Shown piece by piece: positions 9,038 to 19,254 of a stretch of DNA of 64,000 nucleotides. This DNA is from Thermofilaceae archaeon (lineage in GTDB: Archaea; Thermoproteota; Thermoprotei; Thermofilales; Thermofilaceae). The notes under the pieces are model-generated. The model saw only the letters and a list, made by a program, of their open reading frames with translations, was not told where the DNA came from and searched no databases. The DNA is taken from positions 96,001-160,000 of the forward strand of contig JAWCCZ010000003.1 in NCBI GenBank assembly GCA_038861545.1. Reading direction: 5' to 3'. Both the position numbers and the translations under genes were made by a program. Each line of letters opens with the position of its first letter. Position 1 is the first letter of the stretch.

Positions 9038-10510
9038 TTATAAATGAGCGAATAACATTAAACGAAAGGAACGTGAAATGTCAGCTAAGCTGCAGGATAT
9101 CGCTTTCCTCCAAGGTCCTCTGATAATTCCCGAAGAAGCCATTTTAGAAAGTTGTTCGATTCTATAAGTGACTGGTGGGTGAGGGTCCCACTTAAGCCAA
9201 GCCATAAGTCGCCCCCAAGGGCTGCTCTCTAAAAATATATGCTTCAAACCTATTTTACGCAATGCTGATGCAAGCTTTTCTGGACGTCCAACATAAAGTG
9301 CCGAATCTATATCAGCCCTCATTTCAACGAATTTAGCTACTACGAAGAACACCGTGAGTGAGAAACTAAGGTAAAACAGGCCTAAGGGGGTTGCGAGTAA
9401 GGGCCACAGCAGTAGAGTTAGGTAAACTCTACTCAAATACTCAATGCTGCTTAGCACAAAAAAAGTTAACACGTCACGTCTTTTAAGGTGGCTTATTTCG
9501 TGCCCTATTACAGCTTCAATCTCCGCCTCATCAAGACGCGAGATAAGACCTGTTGTAATTAGCACTGATGCTAAAGAGGGGCACACACCTGAGGCAGCAG
9601 CGTTAGGATATATGATGTTGGAAAGGTAGACTGATGGAACATTTTTAAGTTTAAAGCGTTTTGCAACTTGCTCAACTATGTTGTAAAGATCAACCTTTCT
9701 AATTTCAATTTCGTATTCTTCGGGTTGAAGATTAAGTTCTGTTAAAACTTTCTTAACTGATTCCTCATTAGGTTCTTCTCCTCTTTCCAAGCTAGACTCA
9801 TAAAGTTTCTTTTTGACATCAAATCGGTGAGGTAATAGAACTTTTTGTAATACTATTTGATATTTTTCTATCGGCATTTTCAATCCAATTAGATATACTA
9901 GTCTATGCGATGAGTCCAGTTTCCAATCCCCCATTATAAGGGGCGTAATTTTATAGGAAATAACCATTATAGGTATCTGCATTAATACTAACACTATTGG
10001 TGTGTAGCTCCCGAATACAATGAACACTGCATATGAAATTAGTATTGAGATTGCGAAAATAAAGACTAGGTTCCCGAGGAATAACGATTGAAGCGTACGC
10101 TTAGATTTTGACTCAGCTCTTGGGGGGATTAGCCGTCTTCCTGGAACAAAAACGAAGTAAGCGGCGCCAAAACCGCCAGTTTCAGCGAAAAAGTTTAGTG
10201 CACTTTCAAGTAGCCTAGCTACCCCCTCAAGCACCATTCTACTAGTGAAAGGGCGGAGCAGGGTTACCCTGTATTGAATGGAGTTGCTTGAATATGAAAT
10301 AAGTATTTCAAATAAGGGTCCGCTTTCATCATCTATATAAAAAAGCATACCTGGGGAGCCTGCATAGCTTACGTTAAGTGCACTGCGCATATATCTACCA
10401 TATTTTTCGGTTATAACGTTTAAAAGAAACTTCTCGAATCTCTTTCTTACAGTATCATCACTAAGGTCTATATAAGGTAGATCCTTCTCTAAGATGGGTA
10501 GACCGGACAT
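9038..10510 (-). CDS. M48 family (HtpX-like) membrane zinc metalloprotease with N-terminal extension
   Basis: PNAAASG, AVIGHEISH, EMRAD, HPPVTYRI; several TM segments. Confidence 0.9.
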   Translation of the reverse strand: MSGLPILEKDLPYIDLSDDTVRKRFEKFLLNVITEKYGRYMRSALNVSYAGSPGMLFYIDDESGPLFEILISYSSNSIQYRVTLLRPFTSRMVLEGVARLLESALNFFAETGGFGAAYFVFVPGRRLIPPRAESKSKRTLQSLFLGNLVFIFAISILISYAVFIVFGSYTPIVLVLMQIPIMVISYKITPLIMGDWKLDSSHRLVYLIGLKMPIEKYQIVLQKVLLPHRFDVKKKLYESSLERGEEPNEESVKKVLTELNLQPEEYEIEIRKVDLYNIVEQVAKRFKLKNVPSVYLSNIIYPNAAASGVCPSLASVLITTGLISRLDEAEIEAVIGHEISHLKRRDVLTFFVLSSIEYLSRVYLTLLLWPLLATPLGLFYLSFSLTVFFVVAKFVEMRADIDSALYVGRPEKLASALRKIGLKHIFLESSPWGRLMAWLKWDPHPPVTYRIEQLSKMASSGIIRGPWRKAISCSLADISRSFRLMLFAHL

Positions 10511-10619
10511 TAACGGTATGTTGACTAGAGGGTTTAAAAGGTTAAGGGATTAAATTAGCTGACTATAAAAAATTAAGAATTAATAAAAGAGTTTAATTTT
10601 AGTAAAATCAATAGTTTTT

Positions 10620-12629
10620 TTATTCTTCTAAAGAAATTTCCTCAATACTCTGTGCCTTTCCTTTCCTTAACAATTTCAGGCCTGCAGTTCCGCCTCCTAT
10701 GGCTACACTCATCACTGCTGTTTCGAGAGTTGTTAACGGGATTCCACCTAGTATAGGTATCTCGAATAATACATCTAACTTTAGTTTCCTTGGGCCGCTG
10801 TTATTTACTTCTTCGAGACGTGTACTGACTATGCGTTTGTATGAACTCTCTATGATGAACTTACCTTTAGGTATTTGAATCACCTCTGTACCACCTTCCT
10901 CACCGGTTACCGTTCTCGCAATTACTGTGCCACCATTCTTGACGATAACTTCAGCACCTTGTATGGGTTTGTCCCAAGCATCGACTACTAGCCACGACGC
11001 ACGGTAAACATCGCACTTCACTGTTATGTTTGGATTAACTATTGATCCAAGCGCTAACGTAGCTACTGTTACACCTTTAAACTGTACATCGATTAGATAA
11101 TTGCCTGGTTTATATAGCTTGAAAGTAGCTACTCCGTCACTATCACTTAGGCTACTTAGGTTTAAAGGTCCTCGCACATCGACTTTTGCTCCAATAATCG
11201 TCTCACCACAGTCGTCGATGAGCTTGAAGTTTATGGGTTTCCAGTCTATTTCAAAAATATAGTTTCCGGTTTCTATGGAATCAAATGCCTTTACTTGGAC
11301 GTACGCCTCATTTGAGTAAGTTCTTATGTCTCTATACTCATTCCCCCATGGAAGTAAACCCTCAAAACGTCCACCAACTTCAATTCCGGAGGGGGTTCGT
11401 ATGCTAGTTATTGTAGCATAGCTAGGAGCTTGTACAACTAGGTATGCAAAAGCTGCATCCTTTATATCTGCATCCTTTATTGTGAATTCGACTCCTTTAG
11501 GAGTCCATACTCCAGCATCTTTAATGAATATAGTCGTATACATTAAGTTAACATTATCTCTCATGTTATTGCGTACTTCAAACCATGTTCCGAAAACTAT
11601 ATAAGCCTTAATCCAAACTCTTAAGTTTATATTAGGGATCAAGAAAGATGCAGCCCTAATGGTTACAGTATCATCTTTGTAATAAGCGTAGTCGACTAAA
11701 GTACCTGACACATCAACTTCACCGTTTGTTCTTCCAGTTAAGGGTGCGATGCTGTATAGAATCACCACTGCGCCAAGGCTTCTCCAACCACTTTTCTGTC
11801 CGATCCCGATTTTCTTTGTCTCACCAGCTTTGACAACATCCTCGCGGAAATCGGTTTCTGCTACCAGAAAAGATGGTGGTAGCTCATAGTCACGATCTTT
11901 AGCTAAGCAGATAGTATACTCACCTGTTTCCAAAAACGTTAAATTCAGCTCCAAGTGTTTGTAATCAACCTTTAAAGCAGCAGGTGTCTTTTCATTTGCA
12001 AACAGGCTTTCACTGTTAGGATCCTTTACATTCACAATTGCAAATGGAGCATGGTTATCTATGGTGATTTTAACTGTGAGGTCATTTCTAGTAAATGGAG
12101 GCGGAGGGTCCTCGACCGCGAACCTAACTTCCCCCTCCTGCAGCTTGAGCCATCCGCTTTTTACATAACAAATACTTACATAAGTATCGACTGTAACGTT
12201 TGAAGAAGAAGCCGCTAATGTTACAACACCGCTGTAAGAGACAAGTGCAATTACTTTCCCCTCTAATATTTCTGACTTAGAATACTTCACAGGTATTACT
12301 TCTTTCGGCAAACCCCCCGGAAAAGACACGCGTAGATAATATAAACTATATCCAGGCGGCGGAGGAGGTGCTTGAACATCGTTTATCTTAGCTTCATCGA
12401 GGAGAAGCGACGTGCTGTAGCCAGTCGTTAAAAAATAATCAATTTTTGCGTAGTAAACGTATTCATCTCCAAGGCTAACCGTAGCAGATTGCGATGCAAA
12501 AGCTGCTGCAACAGTTAAAGCCAGCATAAGCGCGTATAGTAGCCTAACTCTTTTCACACTTTTAAATCTAGGGAGGGATTTTAGGAGAGGACAGTTCCAC
12601 TGGAAGAGAATTTCATAGGTAGCGCGCAC
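10620..12629 (-). CDS. Exported, C-terminally anchored surface protein with carboxypeptidase-regulatory-like (Ig-like) repeats
   Basis: Signal-peptide-like stretch near the N-terminus (true start probably about 12560). Two repeats of the type PIxGAxVxV...SD/TGxxG...PG/KGxY/F. C-terminal hydrophobic helix followed by basic and then acidic residues. Confidence 0.7.
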   Translation of the reverse strand: MRATYEILFQWNCPLLKSLPRFKSVKRVRLLYALMLALTVAAAFASQSATVSLGDEYVYYAKIDYFLTTGYSTSLLLDEAKINDVQAPPPPPGYSLYYLRVSFPGGLPKEVIPVKYSKSEILEGKVIALVSYSGVVTLAASSSNVTVDTYVSICYVKSGWLKLQEGEVRFAVEDPPPPFTRNDLTVKITIDNHAPFAIVNVKDPNSESLFANEKTPAALKVDYKHLELNLTFLETGEYTICLAKDRDYELPPSFLVAETDFREDVVKAGETKKIGIGQKSGWRSLGAVVILYSIAPLTGRTNGEVDVSGTLVDYAYYKDDTVTIRAASFLIPNINLRVWIKAYIVFGTWFEVRNNMRDNVNLMYTTIFIKDAGVWTPKGVEFTIKDADIKDAAFAYLVVQAPSYATITSIRTPSGIEVGGRFEGLLPWGNEYRDIRTYSNEAYVQVKAFDSIETGNYIFEIDWKPINFKLIDDCGETIIGAKVDVRGPLNLSSLSDSDGVATFKLYKPGNYLIDVQFKGVTVATLALGSIVNPNITVKCDVYRASWLVVDAWDKPIQGAEVIVKNGGTVIARTVTGEEGGTEVIQIPKGKFIIESSYKRIVSTRLEEVNNSGPRKLKLDVLFEIPILGGIPLTTLETAVMSVAIGGGTAGLKLLRKGKAQSIEEISLEE

Positions 12630-12877
12630 GTATTACGTAACACACACTTCCTCAAGAGTTGTAGATCATCTAGTTGTATTTGTATTTCATAGAGTTGTCT
12701 CTAAAAAGTTTATCATTCATGTAGCACGGCTTTTACAATATGCTAAAGGCCTCTTTTACTGAAGGTTCATCAAACCTATACCGTTTTTCTAGTAACCACT
12801 ACTGGATAGGGTGAAGTATTGGAGTATTTATAATACGCCGCCAAGCTTAAGGCTTAGCTATCGAAAAGCACAGGGGG

Positions 12878-13288
12878 GTGAATGTGAAATACCGTTTGAT
12901 GGATTTATTGGCCTGCCCATATGATAAGAGTTTTCCATTAGAGTTGTTTACATTAAAAATCAACAAGTACAGTGAACGAACAATAACGTTTAAGAAAAAA
13001 CCTGCCTGCGAACTCTATTGCGCTTTTCAAGGCAAAAAAATTGAAGAATTGCATAGTAAACCTGATTGTGATGAATGTATAAAATACGAAGTTTCTGAAG
13101 GCGTTTTATTTTGTCGTGTATGTAATCGATGGTTTCCAATAATAGATGAAATACCTATACTCCTACCGGATGAGATGAGAGAAAAGAAAGAAGAATTAGA
13201 TTTTCTGCAAAAATTCAAAGATCAATTACCTAAATATCTGATAGAAGATGGGAAACCCTGGAACTTAAAAACATGCAGTAAGGAGTAA
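12878..13288 (+). CDS. Trm112 family methyltransferase activator
   Basis: MDLLACPYDK and EGVLFCRVCNRWFPIIDEIPILLPD. Confidence 0.9.
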   Translation: MNVKYRLMDLLACPYDKSFPLELFTLKINKYSERTITFKKKPACELYCAFQGKKIEELHSKPDCDECIKYEVSEGVLFCRVCNRWFPIIDEIPILLPDEMREKKEELDFLQKFKDQLPKYLIEDGKPWNLKTCSKE

Positions 13289-13336
13289 TTCTATTCTTCT
13301 AGTACCAGCTTAAGCAGACATCCGATAAAGTTTTAT

Positions 13337-15067
13337 TCAGTCATGAGTATAGATGAATGTTAATTTTTCCTTGTTTTCTAAAATAGTAAAACCAAACCTA
13401 TAGAATTGTGCATGCATTCCGACTTCCACTTCTTTTACCCCTGGTTCAACCACCCCCTCCACTACGGCAACCTTGTTACCTTTAGCGACAATAATAGTGG
13501 CGTTTAAAGCTCCCATTACAGGACACCATTGTATTATAGGCAAGCTTTTAGACTTAGCATATTCCACGCCGAGAGCCAGCACCTCTGCCTCTTCATCAGA
13601 AAGAAGTCTTATATTTGCGAGTCCTAGAAGCCTAATTTCTTTTCCCGGAGTAATGTTTTCAACCTCATTACCTGGTACGTAAACCTCACCTATACCGTTG
13701 CATACTTTTAATTTGATTTCTCGAATGCCTCTCTCCGGGTATGAAGGATGACGTGGGATTTTAGCCACAAGCTCTTTAAGTCCAGTTTTCAGCCTAAGTT
13801 TAACAGGGTTCGGTACAAACATGTATCTATTAGCACGGGGTTCTAAGTATTTCCTATTTGTAGCGTAAAGGTTTTCCAAGCTAATCTTAGCTGACGAAGG
13901 TTTAATTCCGACTTGAATTATTAATTCCCAAATAGATTCAGGTAAGATCCCTCGCCTCCTTAATGCACGTAAAGTAGCTAACCTAGGATCGTCAAGGCTA
14001 TCAAAAAGCCCGGAACGCAATCCTTCTCTCATTCTCGATTTGCTAAGAATAGCACCCTCTATGCTTAGCCTGCCAAAGTGGACCGCAACTGGATATTTCC
14101 AGCCAAAGTGTTCATAAAGGTATTTTTGCTTCAGAGTATTTACTTCATGCTCAGCGCCTCTTAAGATATGCGTTACACCCATTAATCGGTCGTCGATAGC
14201 GCAGGCGAAGTTATAAGTTGGCCAAACCCGGTATTTGTTCCCTGTCAAGGGATGGGGGTGCTGTTCAGTGTTTATTATTCTAAGCGCTACCCAATCCCTA
14301 ACAGATGGATTAGGATGCGAAGCATCAGTTTTAATTCTTAGAGTGACTTCCCCTTCTTCGAAATCTCCGTTTAGCATTTTCTCCCATAGTTCCAGCTGAT
14401 ATTCCTCTGGTTGAGCGGCGCAAGAGCATCTAATACCGGCAGTTCTGTATTTGCTGACAGCTTCTCGAGGGCACTTGCATACATAAGCACAACCTTTCTT
14501 TAAAAGTTGTTTAGCATGATCGTAGTATATCTCCATCCTTAGCGACTGTATATATTCTTCATCCCATTTAATACCTAGCCATTTCAAGTCATCTCTGATT
14601 ATATCATATGCTTCGGGCATAGGGGCTTTTGTTTTGGGATCCGTATCCTCAAATCTAAGTATGAATCGCCCGGAATAAACCCTAGAATACTCATAATTGA
14701 GGATGGCGGGTCTGGCGCTGCCTAGGTGAAGGACGAAATCCGGGTTTGGCGCAAACCTTGTCACTACTTTTCTCTCCTCAGCGCTTGGCAGCGGTGGCAA
14801 ATGCCGCCTTTCACTCGACACTTTTTCTTCAACCAGAACATGAGTTTCGCTCAGGCGCGCAAGTAACTCTCTCTGCTCATTTAGGCTCATTAAATTTACT
14901 TCAGAGACAACCTCTTCAGCCAATTTGAGTAACTCTCGAGCTATGGGACGAAGATCTGGCCTACTTCCCAGTAGCTTAGAAAATACAGAATTTACCATAG
15001 CCTTGCCACCATGCTTAATTGCATTTTCTAAAGCATAGACCAGTAACTGTTTCCTATATTCTTCCAT
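13337..15067 (-). CDS. gltX: Glutamate--tRNA ligase
   Basis: TRFAPNP, HLGS (HIGH variant), LRFEDTDP, WPTYNF, LSKS, DDPRL. Confidence 0.97.
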   Translation of the reverse strand: MEEYRKQLLVYALENAIKHGGKAMVNSVFSKLLGSRPDLRPIARELLKLAEEVVSEVNLMSLNEQRELLARLSETHVLVEEKVSSERRHLPPLPSAEERKVVTRFAPNPDFVLHLGSARPAILNYEYSRVYSGRFILRFEDTDPKTKAPMPEAYDIIRDDLKWLGIKWDEEYIQSLRMEIYYDHAKQLLKKGCAYVCKCPREAVSKYRTAGIRCSCAAQPEEYQLELWEKMLNGDFEEGEVTLRIKTDASHPNPSVRDWVALRIINTEQHPHPLTGNKYRVWPTYNFACAIDDRLMGVTHILRGAEHEVNTLKQKYLYEHFGWKYPVAVHFGRLSIEGAILSKSRMREGLRSGLFDSLDDPRLATLRALRRRGILPESIWELIIQVGIKPSSAKISLENLYATNRKYLEPRANRYMFVPNPVKLRLKTGLKELVAKIPRHPSYPERGIREIKLKVCNGIGEVYVPGNEVENITPGKEIRLLGLANIRLLSDEEAEVLALGVEYAKSKSLPIIQWCPVMGALNATIIVAKGNKVAVVEGVVEPGVKEVEVGMHAQFYRFGFTILENKEKLTFIYTHD

Positions 15068-15171
15068 TGATTAAACACCGCCTCCTGTTATTCTTCGAGC
15101 ATTTAAATGCTTGAGCTAAATATTGTATCTGGGCATATAATTTAATTCCTACCTTAGTAGTAACTCAAGAT

Positions 15172-15882
15172 ATGTTAGAACTCGGATTAATTCATAAAAT
15201 TTTAAGCTCCACACTACTAGTTTATGCGGCATTTTCGGATGTAAAAACGAGAGAAGTAGAAGATACTATTTGGCTTGCTATGTGTATCGTATCGGTTCCT
15301 CTCATATTTTATGAATTAATTAAAGTAGAGCCTAGGTGTCTGTTATATTATGTTTTCTCATTTTACTTAGCTTTCACGCTGGGCTTGTTTCTATCCTCGT
15401 TTAACATTATGGGAGGAGCGGACTTCCTCGCCCTTGCATGTATAGGGCTGGTGACAGTACCGGAGTTTAACGGCCCTATATCCGCTTTACCCTCACTATC
15501 TGTAATGGTGAATTCCCTGCTGGTATCCCTAGTTTACCCGTTATATATTCTGGTGAAAAACATGAGAGCTATATTTAGAGGAGAAAAGTTATTTGAAAGT
15601 GTAGAAGTCACTTCGCTAGCGAAGGTTTTAGGTCTTTTTACCTTGGTCAAAGTGCCGGTCGAGGAATATAAGCGTAAAAGGGATTTCTACTCTCTTGCAG
15701 AAATTATAGAAAACGATAAAAGGAAAATTTCTTTTTCTTTAAAAATTCGCAGCAACGATGTACAGCTTTCAGGAGGAGAAGTATGGGTTACACCACATAT
15801 ACCATATGTGGCGGTGCTTGCTGCAGGTTACATAATCCACCTTGTACTAGGTTGTCTATTAGAGTTATTTTTACTCAAGTAA
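15172..15882 (+). CDS. A24 prepilin/preflagellin peptidase (PibD/FlaK-like)
   Basis: SDVKTREV, MGGAD, VWVTPHIPY; multiple TMs. Confidence 0.88.
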   Translation: MLELGLIHKILSSTLLVYAAFSDVKTREVEDTIWLAMCIVSVPLIFYELIKVEPRCLLYYVFSFYLAFTLGLFLSSFNIMGGADFLALACIGLVTVPEFNGPISALPSLSVMVNSLLVSLVYPLYILVKNMRAIFRGEKLFESVEVTSLAKVLGLFTLVKVPVEEYKRKRDFYSLAEIIENDKRKISFSLKIRSNDVQLSGGEVWVTPHIPYVAVLAAGYIIHLVLGCLLELFLLK

Positions 15883-15948
15883 CGATGATTCTTAAGGTTT
15901 TGCCATACGGGTTAAAAAAGGTTAAATGATTACCAGGTACACTTGAAT

Positions 15949-16020
15949 GGGCTATGACGCGGAAACCGGGTTCCGACGGGTGGTTTATACCCGGATGGCG
16001 ACAAAGGCTGGGATGAGCCC
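15949..16020 (+). ncRNA. Candidate box C/D guide sRNA
   Basis: GGGCT/AGCCC terminal stem. ATGACGC(C)-GGAAACCGGGTT-CCGA(D')-CGGGT/ACCCG hairpin-ATGGCGA(C')-CAAAGGCTGGG-ATGA(D). GC-rich island; TTAAAT about 25 nt upstream. Confidence 0.65.
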
Positions 16021-16082
16021 TACCTAGCTGTCAGTTATAACAAAACATTAAAACGCCTCCTTGGGATAAGACCGAGAAGATT

Positions 16083-17909
16083 ATGGAAAAGTCTGCTATC
16101 ACAGGGGAAGTAGGGGTCGTTAAATATTCTGAAATTAAAGATTTAGCCCCTGAGAAAATAGGCGAAATTAGCCGTACTTTTACGTATAAACTTATGCCCA
16201 AGGTCAATGAAGATTATAGAGTTAACTTAACTATTCCTCCCAACCTGAGGGATGGAGAGAAGCTAGTTACCCATACCCTTTCCACATGTCCTCATTGCTA
16301 CTCACTTCTTGCAGCAACCATATTTGAGAAGGAAGGGAAAGTCTACATAAGGAAGGAATGCCCAGAGCATGGTGAGTTTGAAGAGCTTTACTTCGGGGAT
16401 TATTCTCTATATGAAAGGTATAGAAGGTGGCAACACGATGGGAAAGGTATTTGGACACCCAACGTACAAACTTCGTCTTTATGTCCGTATAATTGCGGAC
16501 TCTGTTCGAGACATAAAAGTCACACAGCCTTGCTGAACTTAGCGGTAACAAACAGGTGTGGTTTACGATGCTGGTACTGCTTCTTCTTTGCTGTTAAAGC
16601 TGGTTACGTCTATGAGCCATCGCTAAATCATATCAGATTCATGCTAAGGGAGGCTAGGAAAATGCTGCCGCACCCGGCTGTAGCTGTACAATTCACTGGT
16701 GGAGAACCACTTTTACGAGATGATATAGTGGATATCGTAAAAATAGCTAGGGAAGAGGGTTATCACCATGTACAGATAAACACTGAGGGTATTAGGATAG
16801 CTTACGAACCCGATCTAGCTGTGAAGCTACGAAAAGCAGGCGCCAACGTGATTTATATGAGCTTCGACGGAGTAACTCCTCACACAAATCCGAAGAACCA
16901 TTGGGAAGTTCCATATACGCTTGAAGGCTTAAGAAATGCTGGTTTGGGTGCCGTACTAGTCCCAACGGTAATAAAGGGTTACAACTTACATGAAGTAGGA
17001 GCTATAGTGAGGTTCGCTCTGAAGCATTCCGACATTGTCAGGGGGGTTAACATGCAACCAGTTTCGATTGTTGGTAGAGTTCCTAAGAAAGAACGGGATA
17101 AGCTAAGAGTTACAATCCCAGACGTTATAATAGAGATTGAAAAACAAACGAACGGTAATATAAGTAGGGAAGATTGGTACCCAGTACCAAGCGTAGCACC
17201 TGTTTCCAGAGTTGTAGAAGCATTGACCGGCAAGCCGCAGTTTGAGCTTACTACGCATTTTATCTGCGGAGCAGCGACCTACGTGTTCTTAGATGGGAAC
17301 GAGATAGTACCAATAACAAGGTTCGTCGATGTAGAAGGGCTTATGCATTTTTTAGATGAAACAGCTGAGGAAATTAAAGGTGGATCTAACAAGTATATAG
17401 TTACTCTAGGCGCATTATATAGACTCGGAAGATTTATCGATACTAGCAGAGCTCCTAAAAGGTTCAGAAGTAAGAAGAAATTCCTTAGATACGTATATAA
17501 TATACTTTTAAAACATAATTACTTGGCACTTGGCGAGTTTCACTATCAGGCACTTTTTCTTGGGCTTATGCATTTCCAGGATCCTTATAACTACGATGTG
17601 AGTAGGGTGCAGAGATGCGAAGTTCACTATGTGATGCCTGACGGTCGCATAGTACCTTTCTGCACTTTTAATGTATTCCCAGAGTTTTATAGAGATAGGG
17701 CGCAGAAAGCGTTTTCTTACACGATAGATGAATGGGAACAGTTGACTGGAAAAAGGCTTTCAGAGGAAATTTATGTACGCGACATTAAGAAGCTACTCAG
17801 CGGCGAAGTATATAGAAAGGCTTACGAAGGAATAATTGATGTTGATTCAATACCCTACGAAGAACACGTAACTGCATCAAAGAGGTTCGGTATACCTGTG
17901 AGTGAGTAA
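16083..17909 (+). CDS. tes: Tetraether lipid synthase (GDGT-forming radical SAM enzyme, MJ0619 family)
   Basis: N-terminal CPHC...CPEHG; CPYNCGLCSRH; radical SAM CGLRCWYC; FTGGEP; HFIC; C-terminal RCEVHY...IVPFC. Confidence 0.9.
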   Translation: MEKSAITGEVGVVKYSEIKDLAPEKIGEISRTFTYKLMPKVNEDYRVNLTIPPNLRDGEKLVTHTLSTCPHCYSLLAATIFEKEGKVYIRKECPEHGEFEELYFGDYSLYERYRRWQHDGKGIWTPNVQTSSLCPYNCGLCSRHKSHTALLNLAVTNRCGLRCWYCFFFAVKAGYVYEPSLNHIRFMLREARKMLPHPAVAVQFTGGEPLLRDDIVDIVKIAREEGYHHVQINTEGIRIAYEPDLAVKLRKAGANVIYMSFDGVTPHTNPKNHWEVPYTLEGLRNAGLGAVLVPTVIKGYNLHEVGAIVRFALKHSDIVRGVNMQPVSIVGRVPKKERDKLRVTIPDVIIEIEKQTNGNISREDWYPVPSVAPVSRVVEALTGKPQFELTTHFICGAATYVFLDGNEIVPITRFVDVEGLMHFLDETAEEIKGGSNKYIVTLGALYRLGRFIDTSRAPKRFRSKKKFLRYVYNILLKHNYLALGEFHYQALFLGLMHFQDPYNYDVSRVQRCEVHYVMPDGRIVPFCTFNVFPEFYRDRAQKAFSYTIDEWEQLTGKRLSEEIYVRDIKKLLSGEVYRKAYEGIIDVDSIPYEEHVTASKRFGIPVSE

Positions 17910-17912
17910 AAC

Positions 17913-18350
17913 ATGCGTGTAAAAAGTTTTAACTTCACCCTCAAATTACTAGACCCATTAAAGCTTCAGGCATGTGTTGAAACTAGGACTTACTTAAAAC
18001 AAGGCAATAAACTCTTAAAATTAACTGGAGTAGAGCGAGCCTTTACACTGGACGATGCCCTAGACTTTGACTTAGAATTTGGAGAAGTCATTCAATTAAC
18101 ATTTTCCGACGCGATTCGAGGTAATTTTGAATGCAGTGTTATAGACTTTGACTTACAAGGATTAATTGTGAAAGTTTATGACTGCGATATTTCAGGAAAA
18201 AAGTATAAGCTATTTTCCTTATATTCGGCTGAAGACGAATTGAGAAGGCTTTACGCAGACAGGCTGGCAAAACTAACTTCTATGGATGAGCGAATAAATG
18301 GACTTGCGGTGAAGTTAGGTTTAAATTCATCCTCCTTAAAGGATCTTTAA
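17913..18350 (+). CDS. Hypothetical protein, probably co-transcribed with tes
   Basis: 145-aa ORF starting 3 nt after the tes stop. Confidence 0.7.
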   Translation: MRVKSFNFTLKLLDPLKLQACVETRTYLKQGNKLLKLTGVERAFTLDDALDFDLEFGEVIQLTFSDAIRGNFECSVIDFDLQGLIVKVYDCDISGKKYKLFSLYSAEDELRRLYADRLAKLTSMDERINGLAVKLGLNSSSLKDL

Positions 18351-18408
18351 ACTTTTATATATTTGCCAAGGAAAAAATTTATTTGCAGCATTTTTTCGAA
18401 TATGTCAT

Positions 18409-18717
18409 ATGACAGATTCTGAAGAAAAATGTTTACTTGAACATGTAGTACTCATTTCTAGAGAATTGCTCGATAATACCCGATCCCGTGTGATATCAAT
18501 TAAATTGCGTACTCTTCTAAAGTATGCATATGTTTCATACAGGAGAAGAACAACCGATCTAAACTCTATTCGAGGATTGGTTCCACGCGTCAGGCCTCCG
18601 TCTAAACTTACTAATCAATATTTTTATAGGGAAATGGAAAAAGTTCTTAAAAATAACTTTAATGTGAAAATAGAGAACAGAAGGCAGTTCAGGTACGTAA
18701 TTTTTACAAAGATCTAA
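18409..18717 (+). CDS. Small basic hypothetical protein
   Basis: 102 aa, Arg/Lys-rich; own TATA (TTTATTT) about 25 nt upstream. Confidence 0.7.
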   Translation: MTDSEEKCLLEHVVLISRELLDNTRSRVISIKLRTLLKYAYVSYRRRTTDLNSIRGLVPRVRPPSKLTNQYFYREMEKVLKNNFNVKIENRRQFRYVIFTKI

Positions 18718-18724
18718 GTTTTTC

Positions 18725-19231
18725 TTAACAGTTTTTATTAAGATCTTCGCTTATTCCTTTTCTAACTTTAACTGCCTTGCCAACTTTTTTTGACTTCATT
18801 TCGATGCCACTCAGTATTGCTTTACCGACCGCAACTAATGTCCCCTCGGTATCTACAACAATGACCTCATCTCCCGGTTTAATTTCTGAATCTGCATTTA
18901 CGACATGTCTGCAGAACACTGTTCTGCCTTGAGCTATAAAGGAGGCCGCTTCCTTCTCTACTATTACTCTGTATCTGGGAATAGGTAGAACTTTCAATAA
19001 CTTTACAGCTCCTTTAAGGGTAGGCACAAAAAACCCATCACTAGCTCTTATTGTACCAATTAACTCGTCGCTTATGTAAATTTCCCTTATTCTACCTGTA
19101 GCTGGTGACTGCCGAACTTTAACTTTCCCCTCTTCGAGAAGGGTAGAGGCTTCTCTACCTAGTTGATAGGCTAAAACTGCCTTAAGCATTTCAAGCATGC
19201 TCCTAGTCAAAGGTTTTTCAGCGTTTTCCAT
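18725..19231 (-). CDS. PUA domain protein (TGT C2/PUA-like)
   Basis: SPATGRIR, GRTVFCRHV, IKPGDEVIVVD, AVKVRKG. Confidence 0.88.
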   Translation of the reverse strand: MENAEKPLTRSMLEMLKAVLAYQLGREASTLLEEGKVKVRQSPATGRIREIYISDELIGTIRASDGFFVPTLKGAVKLLKVLPIPRYRVIVEKEAASFIAQGRTVFCRHVVNADSEIKPGDEVIVVDTEGTLVAVGKAILSGIEMKSKKVGKAVKVRKGISEDLNKNC

Positions 19232-19254
19232 TATGTTCGGTATTCTTACGCAAA

